From: Deltaproteobacteria bacterium
GTDB lineage: Bacteria; Desulfobacterota; Syntrophobacteria; BM002
Length of the DNA stretch: 53,852 bases
Assembly: GCA_022340515.1 (NCBI GenBank)
Contig: JAJDNT010000056.1
Coordinates: 1-53,852 of the forward strand
Direction of reading: 5' to 3'
Below the pieces are notes generated by a model. It did not search any database. It saw only the letters and a list, made by a program, of their open reading frames with translations, and was not told the DNA's origin. Shown piece after piece: positions 19,926 through 28,577 of this stretch. Numbering within the stretch: the first letter of the stretch is position 1; every line of letters begins with the position of its first letter. The translations under genes were made by a program, and so were the position numbers.

Positions 19926-20732
19926 ATGCAACCAAATAAATCATCCTTCAGCGCTAAAGTTCTTGAGATTAAGACTTTGTTTAGGCGGTTGCCCACCCTT
20001 GCTGCAAGGTTGTTAGAAGAAACACTTGTCTTGATCTATCCACCAATGTGCGCGGGTTGCTCTCGCACCCTCGATGCTGAAGAGTCGACTTTATTTTGCC
20101 CGGATTGTCTTACTGCTCTGGATCTAATCTCAGAACCGTATTGTCCCCTCTGCGGGATTCCTTTTGTGGCAGAAATCAGCAAAAGCCACCTTTGTGGTGA
20201 CTGTCTAGGGGGTGCGCACTCTTTTGACCGAGCGCGAGCAGCAGGATTCTACCAGGGACTCATTAGGGAGGTGATTCATCGCTTCAAGTACGGGGGGCAG
20301 ACCTTTCTGCTGAAGCCTTTGGCAAGAATGCTCGTTGTTCCGGCAAAGGACTTAATCCGTTTGCACAGAATAGATACTATTATGCCCGTTCCTCTCCATT
20401 ACAGACGTCTGCGCCAGAGAGGATTCAACCAGGCATCTTTGCTGGCGAGAACTTTAGGTCCACTTTTGCAAATACCCGTGGATTATTTCAGCCTAAAACG
20501 GACTCGCTGGACTGATCCGCAAATCGGTTTGAGCCGCAACCAGCGGGCAGCCAACGTCAAAGGCGCCTTCAGTCTAAAGTCTGCAGAAAAGATTGAGGGT
20601 AAAGGTATCCTCCTTCTAGACGATGTTCTCACCACAGGAGAAACGGTGAATCAGTGTGCAGGGGTGTTAAAAAAGGATGGAGGGGCCAGGGAGGTAGTGG
20701 TCCTGACTGTTGCACGAACCGTAGCGGGGTGA
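19926..20732 (+). CDS. comF: ComF family protein (phosphoribosyltransferase domain)
   Basis: 268 aa. N-terminal zinc-ribbon Cys pairs are CAGC..CPDC and CPLCG..CGDC. A C-terminal PRTase loop is ILLLDDVLTTGET. Confidence 0.85.
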   Translation: MQPNKSSFSAKVLEIKTLFRRLPTLAARLLEETLVLIYPPMCAGCSRTLDAEESTLFCPDCLTALDLISEPYCPLCGIPFVAEISKSHLCGDCLGGAHSFDRARAAGFYQGLIREVIHRFKYGGQTFLLKPLARMLVVPAKDLIRLHRIDTIMPVPLHYRRLRQRGFNQASLLARTLGPLLQIPVDYFSLKRTRWTDPQIGLSRNQRAANVKGAFSLKSAEKIEGKGILLLDDVLTTGETVNQCAGVLKKDGGAREVVVLTVARTVAG

Positions 20733-20803
20733 TAGCAGAGGGGTTCAGGTTAGAAGTGGGGTTTTTTTGAGGATAGATTTGAGATGTGGGATAGGATGAA
20801 GAA

Positions 20804-21331
20804 ATGACGGTAGATGCGGCGGAAAAGATTCTCGAGCGCAATAGCCTCAAGGCAAAAGTAGACTCTCTCCGGCAGTCAGGAAAATTAGTGATCTTTACCA
20901 ATGGCTGTTTCGACCTTCTGCACGCTGGACACGTGCGCTACCTGCAAGAGGCTCGCAAGCAGGGTGACTGTTTAGTAGTAGCAGTCAACAGTGACAGGTC
21001 GGTAGAGCAAATCAAAGGACCAGGACGTCCAATCATTCCAGATAATCAGCGCGCGGAGGTGCTGGCGGCACTTGGCTGTGTCGACTGGGTAACGATTTTC
21101 GATGAACCTGACCCCCTAGTTCTGATTAAGCTGCTCAAGCCGGATGTGCTGGTGAAGGGGAGCGATTGGCCGGAGAAGAAGATTATAGGGGCGAAAGAGG
21201 TTAAAGAGGCAGGAGGGAAGGTGTTAAGGATCCCTTTGGAAGCAGGGATCTCCACAAGTGCTATTTTCGAACGAATACGGTCTGCCTCAGGCAAGAAGAC
21301 CAAGGAGGAGCCGGAAAACCAGACTCTATGA
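20804..21331 (+). CDS. rfaE2: D-glycero-beta-D-manno-heptose 1-phosphate adenylyltransferase (stand-alone RfaE/HldE domain II)
   Basis: 175 aa. Cytidylyltransferase motifs are TNGCFDLLHAGHVRYL, VAVNSDRSV and LVKGSDW. No kinase domain is attached. Confidence 0.88.
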   Translation: MTVDAAEKILERNSLKAKVDSLRQSGKLVIFTNGCFDLLHAGHVRYLQEARKQGDCLVVAVNSDRSVEQIKGPGRPIIPDNQRAEVLAALGCVDWVTIFDEPDPLVLIKLLKPDVLVKGSDWPEKKIIGAKEVKEAGGKVLRIPLEAGISTSAIFERIRSASGKKTKEEPENQTL

Positions 21332-21385
21332 ACTAAGCACTAGGCACCGAGGAGTCAGCTGTCCGTGGTCTGTCGCCCGTCTCGC

Positions 21386-21452
21386 CTTACTCTATGCTCT
21401 ATGCCCTATGCTCTGTGCCCTTCCAAATCCGCAATCCGAGATCCAAAATTAC
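21386..21452. repeat. ctatgc heptamer array followed by an aaatcc word array; diverged copy of 4306-4365
   Basis: cttactctatgctctatgccctatgctctgtgcccttccaaatccgcaatccgagatccaaaattac aligns with cttactctatgccctctgctctaggctctatgctttcccaaatccaaaatctaaaattcc at 4306-4365. Confidence 0.8.
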
Positions 21453-22201
21453 TGGCGTGCCTGATCTTCCTCGCCCTTTCGGGCGAGTAAATGGGCTGCC
21501 GCTAGTGGACCGTAGCTGCTCTTCTTTTTAAGCTCCCACCAGGTAAACCCAGTTGAGCTCATTAAAATGTCGTATTCTTCGGCAGTTAGTGCACCGGCTA
21601 CGCACCAGCTCCAGGCGTCCTCGAATCCTTCAATAATTGGCGCAATTTCACCGACGGCAATGAGGTCGGCCAGTGAGAGAAAACCGCCCGGTTTAAGCAC
21701 TCGATTTATTTCTGTTAGGGCTTGTTCTTTATGGGGCAGCAGATTAAAGGACCCATTGGCCGTTACCAGGTCGATACAATCCGATCGCAAAGGAAGGTAT
21801 TCACCATCACCTGTCACCCAGTGGCACAAAGGATTTGAATTTGAATACCCTTTGGCCTGATAAAGCATTTCACTGGTGATGTCCATGCCGATCACCCTAC
21901 CAGGTGGCTGCATGGAAAGGGCCGCCACTTGGCTATCAATACCCACCCCGCAGCCTAAATCCAAAACAATCCAGTGCGGCCCCATCCTGATCTCTTCAAG
22001 AGGGTTTCCACAACCTGCAAATAATCTCCAGGCCTTCTTAGGAATCGGTAAAACTGAGGTGTGATATCCGAAGGCACGAGCCAGCTCTTCTCCGCAAGGG
22101 ATGGGCGCGGAACTTAGGTTGGCGGTGCCGTGAGCCGCAAGTTTCGCGTATAGTTGGCGAAGGTAAGCTTTGAGTTTTTGAGATGATTGCTTTTCTCTCA
22201 T
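21449..22201 (-). CDS. class I SAM-dependent methyltransferase, ArsM-like
   Basis: 250 aa. GCGNPL...VLDLGCGVGID...VIGMDIT, RVLKPGGF and WCVAGA resemble arsenite methyltransferases. The SNCVINL Cys position reads ANGSFNL. Confidence 0.75.
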   Translation of the reverse strand: MREKQSSQKLKAYLRQLYAKLAAHGTANLSSAPIPCGEELARAFGYHTSVLPIPKKAWRLFAGCGNPLEEIRMGPHWIVLDLGCGVGIDSQVAALSMQPPGRVIGMDITSEMLYQAKGYSNSNPLCHWVTGDGEYLPLRSDCIDLVTANGSFNLLPHKEQALTEINRVLKPGGFLSLADLIAVGEIAPIIEGFEDAWSWCVAGALTAEEYDILMSSTGFTWWELKKKSSYGPLAAAHLLARKGEEDQARQ

Positions 22202-22344
22202 GAAGTAATTTTCGTGCTTCGTTTAGTGGCGGGAGCATTATGACAGAGAGTGGCCAATGAAGCAATTGGATGAAAAGTTGGAAGTTTCTGGACAGAAAAG
22301 GGCTGCATTGCTATAATCCCACCGATTTTAAATAGGAGGAGTGT

Positions 22345-22770
22345 ATGAAGATATCAACTAGAGGTAGATACGGAACTCGAATGATGTTGGACTTGGCAGC
22401 TCACCATGATGAAGGTCCAACTCCTCTAAGAGAAATTGCCAAGCGTCAGGACCTTTCGGTTAAGTATTTGGAACAACTGATTATCCCGCTTAAGGCCGCT
22501 GGGTTTATTCGCAGTGTTCGTGGAGCTCGGGGAGGATACACCCTGGCTAGGAAACCTGAAAAAATCAGCATTGGACAAATTATAAAGACCCTCGAAGGGG
22601 GTATGACCCTAGTTGACTGTGTAGAAGATCCCAAGGGTTGTGAAAGAGAGAGTCAATGTCTTACCCGAGAAATCTGGCTTCGTATGAGTGAGCGGCTAAT
22701 GGAAGAGCTATCGTCTTTGAGTCTAAGAGACGTCTTGGATGGTAGGAAAATGCCTGTAGATGCTAAATAG
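22345..22770 (+). CDS. Rrf2 family transcriptional regulator (IscR/NsrR-like, probable Fe-S binding)
   Basis: 141 aa with an AGGAGGAG RBS. MKISTRGRYGTRMMLDLA is a winged helix-turn-helix. A Cys triad is present as CVEDPKGCERESQC. Confidence 0.9.
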   Translation: MKISTRGRYGTRMMLDLAAHHDEGPTPLREIAKRQDLSVKYLEQLIIPLKAAGFIRSVRGARGGYTLARKPEKISIGQIIKTLEGGMTLVDCVEDPKGCERESQCLTREIWLRMSERLMEELSSLSLRDVLDGRKMPVDAK

Positions 22771-22783
22771 GTGGAGGACGGTC

Positions 22784-23071
22784 ATGGCCATTCGGGTCCT
22801 GATAGAGAGAAAAATTGTACCGGAAAATCAACCGAGGTTAAACAACCTCCTCATGAAACTTAGGGGAAAGGCCATGCTTGCCAAAGGTTATATTTCCGGG
22901 GAAACATTGCGTTCTCTTGATGATCCCAATGAGTACTTAGTGATCAGTACGTGGAACAGTTTGAATGACTGGAAGAAGTGGGAATCGGATAAAGAACGGC
23001 ACGAGATTCAGAATGAGATTGACAGTCTGTTAAGGGCACCTTCCCTTCATCGGGTGTTTGTTTACGACTAA
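22784..23071 (+). CDS. antibiotic biosynthesis monooxygenase (ABM) domain protein
   Basis: Start moved to the ATG at 22784, after a GGAGGA RBS at 22773-22778. The 95-aa product reads MAIRVLIERKI...VISTWNSLNDWKKWESDKERHE, typical of the ABM/Dabb fold. Confidence 0.75.
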   Translation: MAIRVLIERKIVPENQPRLNNLLMKLRGKAMLAKGYISGETLRSLDDPNEYLVISTWNSLNDWKKWESDKERHEIQNEIDSLLRAPSLHRVFVYD

Positions 23072-23081
23072 TGCCCTGGCA

Positions 23082-23302
23082 TTGTCCGTTGTCTGTTGTC
23101 CGTGGTCAGTTGCATAAAAAGACAAGTGATTCTACATTTGAGCTAATTTCGGAGCACTGAGAGGACAAAAGATTTGCTATTATTTGTTTTTCCCCTTTGT
23201 GGTTTGCATGCCAGATCGTCCATTAAGCTCGACATTCTCCCTCGCAGCAGTTAGCTGAAGAAACAACGGACTACGGACCACGGACTACCGACGACGGACT
23301 CC
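23082..23302. repeat. long imperfect palindrome whose arms are gtccgtt/ggactac heptamer arrays
   Basis: The left arm is ttgtccgttgtctgttgtccgtggtcagttg (23082-23112). The right arm is caacggactacggaccacggactaccgacgacggactcc (23264-23302). The right arm overlaps the last codons of queH (...GVRRR*). Confidence 0.7.
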
Positions 23303-23824
23303 TAGATATCTTTCCTCTTCGCTGTAAATGCAGCCGCAGTATTCCTGTCTGAATAGTTTCATTTCTTTTGATTTTTCTATCCCCTCCTGCCAACCCTGGC
23401 GGAAATCTCGGTAGATGAAGGGTATCCCCCGGCGACGACCTATCTCCTCGCCTAGCTGAGAAATTAATTCGTGGTCTTGTTTCTTACTGTAAAGGAGCGT
23501 ACTGGTAAAACCGTCCATGCGGCTTTTTTTTGCCAACTGTGCAGCCGCATCGAGACGCAAGTTGTAACAAATTGGACAACGGTGCGACTCCCTAAATGCC
23601 ACTTGGCGCAAAAAACTCACAACGTCATATTCGTCCCGGTAAATCATTTCCAACCCAAGAATTTCTGCCAGTTGCTCCACGGCTTGCCGGCGGCGGCGGA
23701 ATTCCTGGTAAGGATGGATGTTGGGGTTATAGAATAAGCCGAAAACACGCGCTCCCTCACCCTGCAAGATCTCGAGAGGGTAGATGGCACATGGTCCACA
23801 GCACATGTGGAGAAGTATCTTCAA
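23285..23824 (-). CDS. queH: epoxyqueuosine reductase QueH (DUF208)
   Basis: 179 aa. TTG start after a GAGGTGG RBS. Motifs are HMCCGPCA, YNPNIHP, RCPICY and CGCIYS. Confidence 0.9.
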   Translation of the reverse strand: MKILLHMCCGPCAIYPLEILQGEGARVFGLFYNPNIHPYQEFRRRRQAVEQLAEILGLEMIYRDEYDVVSFLRQVAFRESHRCPICYNLRLDAAAQLAKKSRMDGFTSTLLYSKKQDHELISQLGEEIGRRRGIPFIYRDFRQGWQEGIEKSKEMKLFRQEYCGCIYSEEERYLGVRRR

Positions 23825-24091
23825 GAAACCACCTCGTCAGGAGTTGACAAACCGTTAGATGTTGTTAGTGGATAATTATAAGTGAAAGTAAAACAACGGG
23901 CAAACGTGTATGGAGTGTTGGAGTACTGGAGTGTTGGCAAAGGCAAAAAATCAGGTCTATTTTTGATAGTAGTTAGTCTTTAATACTGAATCAAACCATT
24001 ATTACACCACTCCATTACTTCAAATACCACAGCGCATACGACTAAATGGATTTATCTGCCAACCAGCCTACATTATCTGGATTCGTCTTCC

Positions 24092-25420
24092 TTACTTGAG
24101 TAGTTTTTGAGCCGCTATGTGTATAGGATCCCAGGTGCCGGAGAAGGGCGGGGCGTAGGCCAGGTCCACGTAGGCCAGTTCCTCTATAGATAAGCCGCCT
24201 GTCAAGGCGACGGCCAAAGCGTTGATTCTGGAGACCACCCCGTCGCCACCCACAGACTGAGCTCCAAGGAAGCGGCCGGTTTCAGTATCGGCGACTAATC
24301 GGATTTGAAGCTCGAGGCTGCCAGGGTAGCTATGTGCTTTAGAGACACCCTGGATGGTAGCGGAACTAGCTTTGAATCCAGCTTTCTCAGCTTCTTCCAA
24401 AGTCAAGCCAGTACTGGCAACTTCAAGATTAAATACTTTGAAACAAAGAGATCCGACTATTCCGGGAAATAAAATTTTCTGGCCACCGATGTTGGCACCG
24501 GCAATACGGCCTTGTTTGTTGGCGATATCTCCAAGGGGGGCATGCACCGGTTTGCGGCTAACGCGATGAAAGCACTCGCAACAATCTCCGGCTGCATAGA
24601 TAAATGGGTAGTTAGTTAACATGTTCTCGTTTACCGCAATGGCGCCGGTTGGACCTACTTCGATACCGGCTTCTGAGGCAAGAGAAACCTCTGGAACGAC
24701 ACCTATGCCGATTAACACTAGATCAGACTCTAAAGTGCCATTACTGGTGTGGACCATGATGGTTCCAGAGCTGGTTGGCTCAAAGCCCTCCAAGAGTGTG
24801 CTAGCCATAAATTTTGCGCCATTCGATTCGAGTTCTATGAGTATCTGCTCAGCAAAGTCTTGGCCGAGTCTCCTCATGGGAAGATCTTTTCGATAAACAA
24901 CGGTGGTCTCTAGTCCTAGTCGTCTAAAAGCTTCGCAAACTTCAAGGGAAATTAGCCCAGCTCCAATTATCACAGCACCTCTGGCATTCCTTTGCTTGAT
25001 GAAGCTTTTTATGCGAATAGCGTCAGCAACGTTCCGTAAAAAAAAGATGCCCTCAAGATCTTGCCCAGGAACTGAAGGCAAGCGAGGAGTAGCACCGGTA
25101 GCCACGGTTAGGTAATCGAAGGGAAGGGTTTCACCTGTGGTTAGTTCCAGCACCTTTTTCTCTGGTCGTATGTTGATCACTTTGGTATGGAGTTTTACCT
25201 CTATGCCAGACTTGGCAAAGGCTTCAGGTGTTCGGGCAATTAACTTGGCCTCATCCCTGATTACATCGCCGATGTAATAGGGTGTCGGTCAGGATGAGAA
25301 AGAGACGTGCTCCCCACCCTCAAGTATGGTTACCTCTAGATCTGGATTGACCCGCTTAGCTTTAGCGGCCGCACTAGGCCCGCCAGCGCCACCACCTACC
25401 ACAACCAATCTCTTTTTCAT
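24092..25420 (-). CDS. FAD-dependent pyridine nucleotide-disulfide oxidoreductase (NADH oxidase / CoA-disulfide reductase family), predicted selenoprotein with in-frame TGA at 25291..25289
   Basis: The track ORF (24092-25180) starts at an internal Met. The same frame continues upstream to the ATG at 25420, which has a GGAG RBS 7 nt upstream. That region encodes MKKRLVVVGGGAGGPSAAAKAKRVNPDLEVTILEGGEHVSFSS-TGA-PTPYYIGDVIRD.... The GxGxxG FAD motif is present. The TGA occupies the position of the redox-active Cys in the family motif SF(A/S)xCG(L)PYYIG. A hairpin follows. Confidence 0.8.
25260..25278 (-). promoter_or_regulatory. SECIS-like stem-loop downstream of the in-frame UGA
   Basis: The mRNA reads UGA CCGACACCCU AUUACAUC-GGC-GAUGUAAU. 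A perfect 8-bp stem starts 11 nt after the UGA and has a G-rich apical loop. This geometry fits bacterial SECIS elements. Confidence 0.65.
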
Positions 25421-25719
25421 GGTGCATCTCCAGGTATAACAACAGCACTTTTATTACTCCATGTTTTAAATCCGAATATCTAATATCGAAATCCGAAATG
25501 GTTCGACGAGCCGTTCGACAGGCTCACGGTCCTGAGCAGAGTCGAAGGGCAAATTCAAATTTTCAAGATCCAAATGACCAAAATTTAGGGTACTCGCTTA
25601 TGCTGTTTTCGTTTTGAACATTGGAGAATTAGGATTTTGAATTTGTTTAGTGCTTCGTGCTTAGGATTCCGAATTTTCTCCTTTTGCTCTGGTCGGTGTT
25701 TCTTGCCACAATGCTCCGC

Positions 25720-26619
25720 TTACTGCTTGATTTGTTGAACCAACCACTGGACAATGATCTCCTCTAATTCCTTTTCATGCTGGCGGAAACGGTGGTTTCC
25801 ACCTACCACCTTTCTCACCGTAACTTGGCTTCCGGTTCCGGCGTTGTTCCTGAGTTGATCTGCCACTTGGGGGTCCGCCAACCGATCAGCCAGACCATGG
25901 ACTATAAGAACTGGTTTGCTAAGACGACCAATGTTCATAAATGGGTCGGAGAAGGTTTGTGGGCCTCTGAGGCTAACCACATGGTTAGCCGTGTAGAGAG
26001 TCTTGCCAAGGGGGCCGAGGTCAATGACCATCCAAGTGTCACCTTTGCCTTCGGTCTTCAACTCCTGGGCCCGATGGAGAAGTTGAGTCGCAGCTTCCAG
26101 GCCGAAGGTTCTCACATTCCATTGGAAAAGGTTTCCTGGGGGAGCAGTGAGAATGAGTCCGGCGATCCTGGGGTCCTCTGTCTCTGCCAGATAAAAGAGT
26201 ACTCGGTTGGTTCCCATGCTGTGGCCGTAGAGGAAAAGAGCTTCATAGCCGTGTCGAGCCATTTCATCCACCCCTGAGGTGATGTCTGGCAGGTTCTCTT
26301 CAAACAAGTTTTTCTTGGGGCCCAAGTCGTGATCCCGCATGTTAAGAGCCAACGTAGCGAAACCTCGTCGAGATAGGGCTTGGGGAAGAAAGGCCATAAT
26401 GCCGGAATAGAAGTTTCCCCCATATCCGTGAACCATAACAACTCCGGCCTTGGCCCGCTCCGGGTAAGGTTCACGCAGGACGGAGTTCAGTCTCACCCCA
26501 TCAGTGGTCTGCAGTTCTATCAGTTCGGTCCGAACTCCTTGCTCAGTCTTGGGGCAGGATGAGCAAACTAGAATGGCGACCAAAAAGGTGCAAAAGATTA
26601 ATAGTTTGTTGGTTCGCAT
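25720..26619 (-). CDS. alpha/beta hydrolase, secreted or lipoprotein
   Basis: 299 aa. The N-terminal signal has a Cys (LVAILVCSSCP). The nucleophile elbow is GHSMG and the HG oxyanion motif is VMVHGYGG. Confidence 0.8.
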   Translation of the reverse strand: MRTNKLLIFCTFLVAILVCSSCPKTEQGVRTELIELQTTDGVRLNSVLREPYPERAKAGVVMVHGYGGNFYSGIMAFLPQALSRRGFATLALNMRDHDLGPKKNLFEENLPDITSGVDEMARHGYEALFLYGHSMGTNRVLFYLAETEDPRIAGLILTAPPGNLFQWNVRTFGLEAATQLLHRAQELKTEGKGDTWMVIDLGPLGKTLYTANHVVSLRGPQTFSDPFMNIGRLSKPVLIVHGLADRLADPQVADQLRNNAGTGSQVTVRKVVGGNHRFRQHEKELEEIIVQWLVQQIKQ

Positions 26620-26753
26620 TATCGACTGGCCTTCAACATAGTGGCGGTTAGAATGTGCCAGACTATGACTAGCGAAGGAAAAGCGGAAAGGTTGTATAAT
26701 TTCTCTCTAGAAGAGCAATATCGAGCCCTTAAACGTTTATAAGCAAAAAATAC

Positions 26754-26984
26754 TTATAAATTATGGCCGCCAAGGAGCCAGGCAGGGTCCAAGGAGAATG
26801 TCTCTCTTAAGACCTCGATGTTTTCCGAAGAGAGTTTCTTTTTCCCTGTTTCCATCTCTTTAAGGTCTTTTTCACTTATGCCTAGCCTTTGAGCCACCAC
26901 GGCTCGAGTCAGTCCACGAACCTCCCTGAAATTCTGCAGACGTTCTCCAACCCTTTTGTAATCGAGATCTGTTTCCATAACCAT
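26754..26984 (-). CDS. helix-turn-helix XRE-family transcriptional regulator
   Basis: 76 aa. GERLQNFREVRGLTRAVVAQRLGISEKDLKEME is a Cro/C1-type HTH. Confidence 0.75.
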   Translation of the reverse strand: MVMETDLDYKRVGERLQNFREVRGLTRAVVAQRLGISEKDLKEMETGKKKLSSENIEVLRETFSLDPAWLLGGHNL

Positions 26985-27094
26985 CTATCCTTTCTCACCA
27001 ATCCCAACCAGTAATAAGCTTTTTGCTCCCAGAATATAGGAAGATTTCAATTTAACATACCCGGAAGATCTCTGCAAAATTCTTTCATGGTTAG

Positions 27095-27173
27095 CCCGGA
27101 TAATTAATAAATCGGCTGCTCCGACTGTGAAACTGGGAACCCGCTTGCGACACCAATTCATGAATCATCCGGG
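27095..27173. mobile_element. short (79-bp) internally deleted copy of the MITE-like element at 32598-32824, in opposite orientation
   Basis: The ends are cccggataattaataaatcgg (27095-27115) and ccaattcatgaatcatccggg (27153-27173), forming imperfect inverted repeats. The interior ctgctccgactgtgaaactgggaacccgcttgcg matches the reverse complement of 32769-32803. The remainder matches 32598-32625. Confidence 0.7.
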
Positions 27174-27258
27174 CTAGGGGTGTTCGTAGTCCGTTGCGCA
27201 GCAGGCATAGGGCATGGGGTTCAAATTTTGAAATTCGAATTTGGAACTTCGAATTATT

Positions 27259-27439
27259 AAATCCGCAATCCGCAATCCGAAATCGGAAATTACCGAAATG
27301 CTTAGTGCCTAGTGTCCATGGTGCTCTGCGTCTTTAACTCTTCGGGCTCTGTGGCTCAAAAGGTGGAATGGGTATTGCTTGCCCCTTTTCGATTGTCTGT
27401 AGGTAATGAGAAATGCGAAATGACAAATGAGAAATGAGA
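27259..27439. repeat. tandem word arrays (aatccgc heptamers, gcttagtgcctagtg, aatgaga heptamers) upstream of the guanylyltransferase gene
   Basis: aaatccgcaatccgcaatccgaaatcggaaattaccgaaatg at 27259-27300. gcttagtgcctagtg at ~27300-27315. aatgagaaatgcgaaatgacaaatgagaaatgaga at 27405-27439. Confidence 0.75.
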
Positions 27440-27503
27440 CCGTATACTGGTTCAACCCCTTCGCTGAAGATAAAGCTGAAATACAAAAGGAGGTGTGAAG
27501 GCG

Positions 27504-28574
27504 ATGTACGCGGTAATCATGGCTGGAGGCAAGGGCACCAGATTCTGGCCTAGGAGCAGAGAAAAGAGACCCAAGCAACTTCTCAATATTGTGGGGCGAC
27601 GTTCAATGCTGCAACAGACCATAGCGCGGATTGCTAATTTGCTCCCGGTGGAAAATGTTCTAGTGGTGGCTGGTGAAGCTCATGGAGAGGAGTTGCGCCG
27701 GCAACTGGCTGAGCTGCCAGCTGAGAATGTTTTCCTGGAACCAGTTGGGCGAAACACAGCCGCCTGTATAGGTTTAGCGGCTCTACTAGTGCAAAATCGT
27801 GACCCAAGTGCAGTAATGGTAGTATTGCCGGCGGACCACCTGATTGCTGACGAGGATCTGTTCCTTTCCACCTTAAGGGCTGCGGTAGCAATGGCTCGAA
27901 AACAGCCAGCCCTGATTACTTTGGGTATTCGCCCCAGATCACCTGAGACCGGCTATGGATATGTCGAGGCAGGGGACCAGGTGCATAAAATACAAGAGCA
28001 CAGATTCTATAAAGTTAGTTCCTTTCATGAGAAACCTGACCTTGAACGGGCCAAACAATACCTGGAAAAGGGTAATTTTTTCTGGAACAGTGGCATGTTT
28101 GTTTGGCAAGCCAATGCTATTTTGGCGGAAATGAAAAATTACTTGCCCGGCCTCTACAACGATCTCCATAAACTGAAGCCATTTTTGGATACAGGTGGCC
28201 TGGATGAGAAAATAAACCAGATCTATCCAGAATTGGAGTCCATTTCCATCGACTACGGGATAATGGAAAAGGCTAATAATGTTCTGATGATACCTGCTGA
28301 TTTCGGCTGGAATGACTTGGGATCCTGGGCCTCCATGGCACAAATCTGGCCCAGGGATGATCAAGACAATGCCCACCTGGGTGAAATTGTGGCCATGGAA
28401 GCCCGGGGCAATGTTGTCTTCTCTCAGCAGAAACTTTGTGTCCTTCTTGGGGTGGCTGACCTAATTGTGGTGGATACCGAAGACGCACTGCTGGTTTGTC
28501 CTGTGAATAGAGCCCAGGATATTGGCAAGATTCTTGACGCAATGAAACAGCGCGGTATGGAAGAGTATTTATAG
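27504..28574 (+). CDS. mannose-1-phosphate guanylyltransferase (NTP-transferase domain only)
   Basis: The ATG at 27504 lies 10 nt after the GGAGG at 27489-27493; the track's GTG at 27495 is too close to the RBS. Motifs are MYAVIMAGGKGTRFWPRSR, PADH and GYGY. Confidence 0.88.
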   Translation: MYAVIMAGGKGTRFWPRSREKRPKQLLNIVGRRSMLQQTIARIANLLPVENVLVVAGEAHGEELRRQLAELPAENVFLEPVGRNTAACIGLAALLVQNRDPSAVMVVLPADHLIADEDLFLSTLRAAVAMARKQPALITLGIRPRSPETGYGYVEAGDQVHKIQEHRFYKVSSFHEKPDLERAKQYLEKGNFFWNSGMFVWQANAILAEMKNYLPGLYNDLHKLKPFLDTGGLDEKINQIYPELESISIDYGIMEKANNVLMIPADFGWNDLGSWASMAQIWPRDDQDNAHLGEIVAMEARGNVVFSQQKLCVLLGVADLIVVDTEDALLVCPVNRAQDIGKILDAMKQRGMEEYL

Positions 28575-28577
28575 ATC

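Noticed and set aside
24092-25420. Reading the oxidoreductase gene as a pseudogene, or as a truncated gene starting at Met 25180.
   Set aside because: There is a single in-frame TGA and no frameshift. It sits exactly at the conserved redox-Cys position. The upstream part retains an RBS, an ATG and the GxGxxG motif, and a SECIS-like hairpin follows. Selenocysteine recoding explains all of this better than gene decay, though it is unproven without sel genes or resequencing.
25511-25549. The interrupted hairpin CCGTTCGACAGGCTCA-cggtcc-TGAGCAGAGTCGAAGGG as a terminator for the hydrolase gene.
   Set aside because: No T tract follows on the relevant (minus) strand. It resembles widespread REP-like palindromic units and is better grouped with the other intergenic repeats.
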